Assembly: GCA_009845855.1 (NCBI GenBank)
Contig: VXYT01000112.1
Location: forward strand, 8,472-72,471
Length of the DNA: 64,000 bases
Direction of reading: 5' to 3'
Source of the DNA: Candidatus Palauibacter ramosifaciens
GTDB lineage: Bacteria; Gemmatimonadota; Gemmatimonadetes; Palauibacterales; Palauibacteraceae
This document shows positions 9,000 through 16,021 of this stretch, piece after piece. Both the position numbers and the translations under genes were made by a program. The notes under the pieces were generated by a model that saw only the letters and a program-made list of their open reading frames with translations, did not search any database and had not been told where the DNA came from. Position 1 is the first letter of the stretch. Every line of letters starts with the position of its first letter.

Positions 9000-10358
9000 A
9001 TGACCATTCGACATAGATGTGGGTACGGAGACCGGCCGAGCGCCGGTCTTCGTCGATGGGGGTTCGTCCTGCTGCCGGCGCTTCTGCTCGCGGGAGCGTC
9101 GCCCCGGATGGCCGAGGCGCAGGTGCAGGCGAGCGGCAACGTCCGCCAAATCACGGTCGACGAAGCCGTCGAGATCGCGCTCCGCCGCAACCCCGGGTTG
9201 CTCCAGGCCTACTCCGCGATCGAGATGGCCGAGCACAACCGGCTGAGCGCGTACGGGACGCTCCTCCCGGGGGTGAACGCCTTCTTCAGCTACTCGAACT
9301 CGTCTACCGGTCGCCTCGACGCGCTCAGCCAGGGGATCGTCGCGACGAGTTACTCCACGCGGCTCCAGGCCAACTACACGCTGTTCGACGGATGGGGGCG
9401 TTTCACGAACCTGAAGAGCGCCCGGCTCGGGGTCGTCGAGCAGAACGCCCGCTATCGCGAGGCCGAGTTCCAGGTCATTCAGCAGGTGAAACAGGCCTAC
9501 GCGGAGAACGTCGCGGCGCTCGAACTCGTGGCGGTGGAGGAACGCCGCGTCCAGCGGCAGGCGGACCAGCTCGAGTTCGTCCGGCAGCAGTTGGAACTGG
9601 GACGGGCCACGCGCTCGGACTCGCTCCGCTCGCAGGTCGATCTCAACAATGCGCAACTCGCACTTCTGAACGCGCAGAACAACGCGCGTACGCGGACCTT
9701 CGAACTCACCGAGGTCATCGGCTCCGAGACCCTCGTGGGGCCGACCGCGGAGGCGGAACTCGCGATGGCCGCGATCCCCTTCTCCCGCGACGAGCTGTTC
9801 GCGATGGCCGATGTGACGGCTCCCGCCCTGGAGGCGGCCTCCCTGGCCGTCGAAGCCGCCGAGGCAGCGGTGTCCGGCGCACGCTCCAGTTACCTGCCCA
9901 CGATCTCGATCGGCGCCGGCTACGGGTGGGCGAATCAGGAGTTCCCGCCCTCCAACCGCTCCTGGTCGGTCGGGGTCTCCGGCAGCTATCCCCTCTTCAA
10001 CGGCTTCCAGCGCGAGACGCAGGTGTTCCGCGCCCGGGCCGCCGCCGATCAGGCCCGGCAAAACGAACGGGCGGCGCGACTCAACCTCAGTTCGCTGCTC
10101 GACGCACGATACGCGACAGCGCAGTCGGCGCTCGCGAGCGTCGACCTCGCGGAGAGGAACGTCGAACTCAGCGAGGAGAGCCTCCGGGTCGTACAGGAGC
10201 GCTACCAGCTCGGCCTCGCCACGATTCTTGAGCTCCAGGACGCGCAGATCACGCTCACGCAGGCGGAGGTCGATCTGGTCCGCAATCGGTTCCTGTACGA
10301 GGCATCGGTCGCGGGGATCGAGGCCCTCCTTGGCCGGAGGCTCGACCAGCAACCCTAG
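9000..10358 (+). CDS. TolC-family outer membrane efflux protein
   Basis: Has a signal peptide and two repeated alpha-helical/beta halves typical of the outer membrane factor family, e.g. QAYSAIEMAEHNRLSAYGTLLPGVNAFFSYSNSSTGRLD and FNGFQRETQVFRARAAADQARQ. Confidence 0.85.
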   Translation: MTIRHRCGYGDRPSAGLRRWGFVLLPALLLAGASPRMAEAQVQASGNVRQITVDEAVEIALRRNPGLLQAYSAIEMAEHNRLSAYGTLLPGVNAFFSYSNSSTGRLDALSQGIVATSYSTRLQANYTLFDGWGRFTNLKSARLGVVEQNARYREAEFQVIQQVKQAYAENVAALELVAVEERRVQRQADQLEFVRQQLELGRATRSDSLRSQVDLNNAQLALLNAQNNARTRTFELTEVIGSETLVGPTAEAELAMAAIPFSRDELFAMADVTAPALEAASLAVEAAEAAVSGARSSYLPTISIGAGYGWANQEFPPSNRSWSVGVSGSYPLFNGFQRETQVFRARAAADQARQNERAARLNLSSLLDARYATAQSALASVDLAERNVELSEESLRVVQERYQLGLATILELQDAQITLTQAEVDLVRNRFLYEASVAGIEALLGRRLDQQP

Positions 10359-10412
10359 CACCCGCATGTAGTATCTCTTCAACGTCGGCCCCGCGCGGAG
10401 TGTCCTCTGAGC

Positions 10413-11954
10413 GTGCCATGGTGGGCGCTGTTTCGGCGCCCCGATCGTCCGTTCAAGGACCCGACACGAGACGAGATGCCGATGTCCATATTCGAACGCT
10501 GCAGGCGTCGCTTCCCCCGGCGAGGCGGGGCCTTGGGCCCTGCCGCGATCTTCACGACGCTTGGACTCGCGGCCGCGGGCTGTGCGACCGGCGAGGCCAA
10601 CGAGCCCGAGCAGACCCTCCAGACGCTGACCGCGGGGCACCAGACCATCGTCTCCAGCGTGGAGGCGACCGGCACGGTCGAACCGATCCGCGTGATCGAG
10701 GTCAAGTCGCAGGCGGGCGGCGAGGTCCTCGAACTGCCCGTCGAACTCGGCGACAACGTCGAACAGGGGACGCTCCTCGTGCGGATCGACCCGCGCGATG
10801 TGAACAACGCTCACGCCCAGGCCCAGGCCGATCTCGACGTCGCGGAGGCGCAGAACGACGTTGCCGAACGCCAGCTCGAACGGGTCGAGGCGCTTCACGA
10901 GTCCGACATCGTGACCTCCGAGGAACTGGAGAGCGCGATCCTCTCCGCGGCGAACGCGAGGGCTTCCCTCGTCCGCGCCACGACCAACCTCGAACTTGCC
11001 GAGGACAAGCTGGACGACGTGACGCTCCGGGCCCCCATCACCGGAACCGTCGTGGAACGGACGGTGGAGCAGGGGCAGGTCGTCACGGGGACGCGCGACC
11101 TCACCGGCGGCACGGTGCTGATGCGAATGGCCGACCTCACCGAGGTCCAGGTGCGCATGCTCGTCGACGAGACGGACATCGGCCGGCTCCAGCCCGGACT
11201 CCCGGCGGATATCACCGTCGAAGCGTACCCCAACCGGACCTTCCGGGGGGCCGTTCTCAAGATCGAACCGCAGGCGGTCGTCGAGCAGAACGTGACCATG
11301 TTCGCCGTGCTCACGCGCATCTCCAACGAAGAGGATCTGCTGCGGCCGGGGATGAACGCGGACGTCGAGGTCGTGATCGGGCGCCAGGAGGATGTGCTGG
11401 CGGTGGCGAACAGCGGGATCAAGACGCAGCAGGAGGCCCTGCAGATCGTCCGGGCGCTCGAAATCGACGCCGATGTCAACGCGCTGCTGCGCGACTTCCA
11501 GAGCCAGGATCGGCCGGACGGTGCGGCGCAGGGGGATGGAGCGGCGGAGGGCGAGGAGGAGGCGATGATCGGCGGGGTTCCGATGTCGGAGTTCCAGTCG
11601 ATGTCGCAGGCGGAGCGGATGCGGGTCATCCAGAACCTGTCGGACGACGAGCGGCGGCAGATGATGCAGCAGTTCCGGAACCGCGGAGGAGGCGGACCCG
11701 GAGGCGGCCGAGACGCCGCCGCGCGGCGGCCCGACGAGCCCCGCCCGGCCTTCGTGTTCAGGTACGATGCGAGCGGCCTCCTCGACCTGAAGCCGGTCAT
11801 GATCGGCCTCAGCGACTTCGATCACACGCAGATCATCCGGGGGCTCGAGGAAGGCGAGGAGATCGTCGCCGTTCCCACCTCGCTCATCGCGCAGCAGGAG
11901 TTCCTGGACCGGATCCGCAGCCGCACGGCGCTGCCGGGCATCGGCGGAAGGTGA
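10413..11954 (+). CDS. efflux periplasmic adaptor (membrane fusion protein, HlyD/MacA-like lipoprotein) with a ~120 aa acidic/Gly-rich insertion
   Basis: Lipobox LGLAAAGCA. It contains the coiled-coil hairpin, lipoyl and beta-barrel segments, and the C-terminal MP domain (PAFVFRYDASGLLDLKPVMIGLSDFDHTQIIRGLEEGEEIVAV). The likely true start is an internal ATG near 10479-10485. Confidence 0.85.
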   Translation: MPWWALFRRPDRPFKDPTRDEMPMSIFERCRRRFPRRGGALGPAAIFTTLGLAAAGCATGEANEPEQTLQTLTAGHQTIVSSVEATGTVEPIRVIEVKSQAGGEVLELPVELGDNVEQGTLLVRIDPRDVNNAHAQAQADLDVAEAQNDVAERQLERVEALHESDIVTSEELESAILSAANARASLVRATTNLELAEDKLDDVTLRAPITGTVVERTVEQGQVVTGTRDLTGGTVLMRMADLTEVQVRMLVDETDIGRLQPGLPADITVEAYPNRTFRGAVLKIEPQAVVEQNVTMFAVLTRISNEEDLLRPGMNADVEVVIGRQEDVLAVANSGIKTQQEALQIVRALEIDADVNALLRDFQSQDRPDGAAQGDGAAEGEEEAMIGGVPMSEFQSMSQAERMRVIQNLSDDERRQMMQQFRNRGGGGPGGGRDAAARRPDEPRPAFVFRYDASGLLDLKPVMIGLSDFDHTQIIRGLEEGEEIVAVPTSLIAQQEFLDRIRSRTALPGIGGR

Positions 11955-11964
11955 TGATGGTTCG

Positions 11965-13176
11965 ATGATCTTCTTCGAGATTCTCCGGGTCGCCATGGAC
12001 GCGATCCGCGCCAACAAGCTGCGCTCGTTCCTGACCATGCTCGGGATCGTGATCGGGGTCGGGGCCGTGATCACGATGGTCGCGCTCGGGGAGGGGGCCC
12101 AGCAGCAGGTCGAGAACCAGATCGAGTCGCTCGGCACCAACGTGCTCACGGTTCGCGCCGGGCAGGGCATGTTCCGCGGCGTGCGCGGAGGGTCGAACGC
12201 CCGGTTGACGACGGAGGACGTCGAGGCGGTGCGGCGCGGGGCCCCGGCGCTGGTGGAGGTCGCGCCGGAGATGCAGGGGCAGTTGCAGGTCCAGTTCGGG
12301 CGCAACAACGCCAACGTTCGAATTCTCGGGACGACGCCGAACTACCTGGCGGTCGAGAACCACACCCTCGAGCTCGGCCGCTTCTTCGACGAGTCGGAGA
12401 ACCGCGGCCGGAGGCGGGTCGCCGTGCTCGGGGGCGCGGTCCCGGCCGTCCTGAACGCCGAAACCGCCGAACTCGTCGGCCGGACGATCTCGATCCGGAA
12501 CATCTCCTTCGAGGTCGTCGGAGTGCTGGAGGAAAAGGGCGGATCGGGCTGGTTCAACCAGGACGAGCAGATCTTCGTCCCCCTGGAGACGGCGCAGTTC
12601 CGGTTGCTCGGGACCGACCGCGTGAGCCAGTTCAAGGTCGTCGTCGAGAGCGAGGCGGCGATCCCGGTCGCGATGGTGCAGATCGAGGAAGTGCTCCGGC
12701 GCGAGCACCGCATTCCCCTGGGGCGGGAGAACGACTTCTGGATCTCGGACAGCGTGCAGTTCCTCGAAATGGCGCAGGAGACGACGCAGACGTTCACGAT
12801 GCTGCTCGCCGGCATCGCCGCGGTCAGCCTCCTCGTCGGCGGCATCGGGATCATGAACATCATGCTGGTGTCGGTCACGGAGCGAACGAAGGAGATCGGC
12901 GTGCGCAAGGCGCTCGGCGCCACGAGGAGCGCGATCCTGCTCCAGTTTCTGCTCGAAGCCACGACGCTCTGCATGACGGGCGGCATCCTCGGAGTCGCTT
13001 TCGCGTACGGCGCGGCCGAGATGCTCTCGCGGTCGGCGGGCTGGACGATGGCCATCGCGCCGCAGGCCATCGGCCTCGCGGTGGTCTTCGCTGCCGCGGT
13101 GGGCATGTTCTTCGGCCTCTGGCCCGCCCGGCGGGCGGCCCGGCTCGATCCGATCGTGGCGCTCCGGTACGAATAG
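11965..13176 (+). CDS. MacB/FtsX-type ABC transporter permease (stand-alone, no fused ATPase)
   Basis: Begins MIFFEILRVAMDAIRANKLRSFLTMLGIVIGVGAVITMVALGEG, as MacB-type permeases do. It has four TM helices and a large periplasmic domain. No Walker motifs are present. Confidence 0.85.
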   Translation: MIFFEILRVAMDAIRANKLRSFLTMLGIVIGVGAVITMVALGEGAQQQVENQIESLGTNVLTVRAGQGMFRGVRGGSNARLTTEDVEAVRRGAPALVEVAPEMQGQLQVQFGRNNANVRILGTTPNYLAVENHTLELGRFFDESENRGRRRVAVLGGAVPAVLNAETAELVGRTISIRNISFEVVGVLEEKGGSGWFNQDEQIFVPLETAQFRLLGTDRVSQFKVVVESEAAIPVAMVQIEEVLRREHRIPLGRENDFWISDSVQFLEMAQETTQTFTMLLAGIAAVSLLVGGIGIMNIMLVSVTERTKEIGVRKALGATRSAILLQFLLEATTLCMTGGILGVAFAYGAAEMLSRSAGWTMAIAPQAIGLAVVFAAAVGMFFGLWPARRAARLDPIVALRYE

Positions 13177-13183
13177 GCTGCGA

Positions 13184-13729
13184 ATGGCGGGACGTCGCGG
13201 GCCGATGTATGGTCCCGGCATGAGTGTTCCGCTGACATCCCTTCCGGATTCCGCCCGCGTCTGGATCTACGGGACGGATCGTCCGCTGACTCCCGAGGAG
13301 CGCGACGCGCTGATGGTCGACCTGCGCGCCTTCGTCGACATCTGGACCGCGCACGGGGCCGCGCTCCGGGCGGGCGTGGACTGGGTCGAAGACCGGTTCG
13401 CGGTCGTCGCCGTCGACGAAGCCTCGGCTCCTGCGTCCGGGTGCTCGATCGACGCGATGGCCCGGCGGCTGGGCGCGCTCGAGGAACGACTGGGTTGCTC
13501 GCTTCTCGACAGCACGCGCGTGTTCTACCGGGACGAGTCCGGCGCGATCGAGAGTTGCGCGCGGGCGGAGTTCCGGGCGCGGGCGACGACAGGAGCGATC
13601 AGCGACGCGACCCCCGTCTTCGATCCCACCATCGACACGCTGGCGGCACTGCGCGCGGGCGAACTCGAGCGGCCCGTCGCCCGTTCGTGGCACCGGCAAC
13701 TCCTGAGCCGCCCCGGCGGACGGTCCTGA
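13184..13729 (+). CDS. hypothetical protein (family not recognised), co-transcribed between the permease and patatin genes
   Basis: 181 aa ORF, 8 bp after the permease stop and 14 bp before the patatin start. The likely start is an internal ATG at 13220. Confidence 0.45.
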   Translation: MAGRRGPMYGPGMSVPLTSLPDSARVWIYGTDRPLTPEERDALMVDLRAFVDIWTAHGAALRAGVDWVEDRFAVVAVDEASAPASGCSIDAMARRLGALEERLGCSLLDSTRVFYRDESGAIESCARAEFRARATTGAISDATPVFDPTIDTLAALRAGELERPVARSWHRQLLSRPGGRS

Positions 13730-13742
13730 CGCGGGGACCGGC

Positions 13743-14903
13743 GTGACGGGGGGGCCGGGGAGCGGCGCTTCCGGCGCCGCGCGGGGGAAGCTGGCCTTCG
13801 CCCTCTCAGGCGGCGGCGCGCGGGCCGCCTACCAGACGGGCGTGCTGAGCCATATCGGCAAGCGGCTGCCCGGGCTTCGGGTCCCTCTCCTCACAGGCGT
13901 CTCGGCAGGCGCGATCAACGTGGGTTTTCTCGCCGCCTATGACGGAAATCTACGCGGCGCGACGCAGGCGCTGAAGCGCCGCTGGCTCTCGCTCACGACG
14001 GAGGAGGTGCTGCGCACCAACCCCGCTTCCCTGCTGAAGGTCGGCGTGCGACTCGGGGGATCCCTTCTAGGCGGCGGCACCGGGCTGAGCCCCCGTTTCC
14101 GAAGCCTCGTCGACACGTCACCGCTACGGGAGTTCATCGAACGCGACGTCGACCGCGGAGAGATCGGGAGCCGGATCGAGGCAGGGGACCTCGAGGCGGT
14201 CGGGCTCACCGCGATGTCCTACCAGACGGGGCGCACGGTCCTCTTCGTACAGGGAGACCCACAATCGGCGCCGAGGCCCGCGAGCTCGCACTACCGACTC
14301 GTGCGGACGGACATTTCGGTGGACCACATCCTGGCCTCCGCGTCGATTCCGCTCGTGTTCCCGGCCGTCAAGCTCGGGCAGCAGTATTACGGAGACGGGA
14401 GCTTCCGCACCGCCGCCCCGCTGGCGCCCGCGATTCACATGGGGGCGGACCGCATCTTCACGATCTCGGCCCGCTATCGGCGGTCCGAGCTGGAGGCGCG
14501 CGCGCCGGACACGACCGGATATCCGCCGCCGGCGAGAGTCCTGGGCCTGCTGCTAAATTCGGTGTTCCTCGACACGCTGGACTGGGATGCGGCCGCGCTG
14601 CGCAGGATCAACCTCCTCGTCGGCCGACTCCCCCCCGAAGTTTCCGAGCGCCAGGGGCTGCGTCACGTCGACCTGCTCATCCTGAGACCCTCCCGGGATA
14701 TCGGGAAGCTGGCGCGCGACTTCGAGATCGAACTTCCTCCGGCGCTGAGGTTCCTCGTGCGCGGCCTGGGCACGCCGGACATCAAGACGGCCGACTTCGT
14801 GAGTTATCTCCTGTTCGAGAGCGAGTACATCCGGACGCTCGTGGAACTGGGAGTCTCGGATGCCGAGGTGAACTGGGACCGCATCGAGGCGTTCCTCACC
14901 TGA
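13743..14903 (+). CDS. patatin-like phospholipase
   Basis: Carries the oxyanion motif ALSGGGARAAYQTGVL and the serine hydrolase motif GVSAGAIN (GxSxG). A catalytic Asp lies in the DGS/DGG region. Confidence 0.85.
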   Translation: MTGGPGSGASGAARGKLAFALSGGGARAAYQTGVLSHIGKRLPGLRVPLLTGVSAGAINVGFLAAYDGNLRGATQALKRRWLSLTTEEVLRTNPASLLKVGVRLGGSLLGGGTGLSPRFRSLVDTSPLREFIERDVDRGEIGSRIEAGDLEAVGLTAMSYQTGRTVLFVQGDPQSAPRPASSHYRLVRTDISVDHILASASIPLVFPAVKLGQQYYGDGSFRTAAPLAPAIHMGADRIFTISARYRRSELEARAPDTTGYPPPARVLGLLLNSVFLDTLDWDAAALRRINLLVGRLPPEVSERQGLRHVDLLILRPSRDIGKLARDFEIELPPALRFLVRGLGTPDIKTADFVSYLLFESEYIRTLVELGVSDAEVNWDRIEAFLT

Positions 14904-16021
14904 CTGAGCAACGGACGATCGTCCACTTCGCCGACCTCCACCTCGACTCCCCGTTCGCGTGGTGCGAGGCGACGGGCGACGTAGCGCGGAGGCGTCGCGA
15001 AGCGCTTCGCGACACCCTGCTCGCGATCGTGGACCTCGTGCGTTCGTCCGGCGCGGACGCGCTCTTCTGCGGAGGCGATCTGTACGAGCACGACCGCGTC
15101 ACGCTGGACACGGCGGACTTCCTGCGGCAGACCTTCGCCTCCCTCGACCCGGTGCCGGTCTACATCGCGCCCGGCAATCACGACTGGTACGGGCCGACGA
15201 GCGTCTACGCGACGGGGGGCTGGAGCGGGAACGTCCACATTTTTCGGGATGCGGCGCTGCGGGCGGTCTCCCTCGCGCCGGGCATCACGCTGTGGGGCGC
15301 CGCGCACTGCGCTCCCGCCAACACGGACAATTTCCTCGGCGACGGCTTCCGGATCTCCGGCGAGGGGGCGCACGTGGCGCTCTTTCACGGAGCGGAACGG
15401 TCGTGGCTCGCGGCACAGGGCGAAGGCAAGGCGCCGCACGCTCGCTTCGAGACCGCGGAAATCCCGGACAGCGGGCTGGATCACGCCTTTCTAGGCCACT
15501 ATCACCGGCCGGCGGACGGCGCGCATCACACGTATCCGGGCAATCCCGACCCGCTGCAGTTCGGAGAGGAAGGGGAGCGCGGGCCCGTCGTGGCGACGAT
15601 CGACGCGACGGGCGAGGTCACGCGGGAGCGCCACGTCGTCGCGGTCACGCCAGTGTACGACCTGCGGCTCGATGTCACGGGCCTCACGAGTCGCCAGCAG
15701 ATTCGGGACGCCCTGCGCGCGATGACGGAGAGCCTCGCGGGACTCGCGCGTCTCACGGTGTCCGGCGACCTGGAGCCGTCGCTCGACCTCCAGGAGAACG
15801 CGATCCGCGAGCAGTTGCTCGACACGTTCGACGCCGTGCAGATCCGGAAAACCGATTTGCACCTTGCCTACGACCTCGACGAGATCCGCGGCGAGCCCAC
15901 GGTGCGGGGGCGGTTCGTCGACGATGTGCTGGGAGCGGGGTTGCCGGACGATGAGGAGCGCCGTGTCCTGCGGATGGGACTCCGGGCTCTCGACGGACGC
16001 GACGATCTCGAGGTGCTGTAA
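14900..16021 (+). CDS. sbcD: SbcD/Mre11-like metallophosphoesterase nuclease (start non-canonical: CTG at 14900 overlapping the patatin TGA as CTGA; first in-frame GTG only at 15029)
   Basis: The in-frame translation upstream of 15029 reads LTEQRTIVHFADLHLDSPFAW...GGDLYEH.... This holds the conserved motif I (DxH) and motif II (GDL) of calcineurin-like phosphoesterases. GNHDW and GHYH come later. No ATG, GTG or TTG lies between the in-frame stop at 14870-14872 and motif I. Confidence 0.8.
   Translation: MTEQRTIVHFADLHLDSPFAWCEATGDVARRRREALRDTLLAIVDLVRSSGADALFCGGDLYEHDRVTLDTADFLRQTFASLDPVPVYIAPGNHDWYGPTSVYATGGWSGNVHIFRDAALRAVSLAPGITLWGAAHCAPANTDNFLGDGFRISGEGAHVALFHGAERSWLAAQGEGKAPHARFETAEIPDSGLDHAFLGHYHRPADGAHHTYPGNPDPLQFGEEGERGPVVATIDATGEVTRERHVVAVTPVYDLRLDVTGLTSRQQIRDALRAMTESLAGLARLTVSGDLEPSLDLQENAIREQLLDTFDAVQIRKTDLHLAYDLDEIRGEPTVRGRFVDDVLGAGLPDDEERRVLRMGLRALDGRDDLEVL

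Noticed and set aside
8880-12314. 1144-aa minus-strand ORF
   Set aside because: It is antisense to the TolC and MFP genes. Its composition is dominated by R/L/G/E repeats and it has no recognisable domains.
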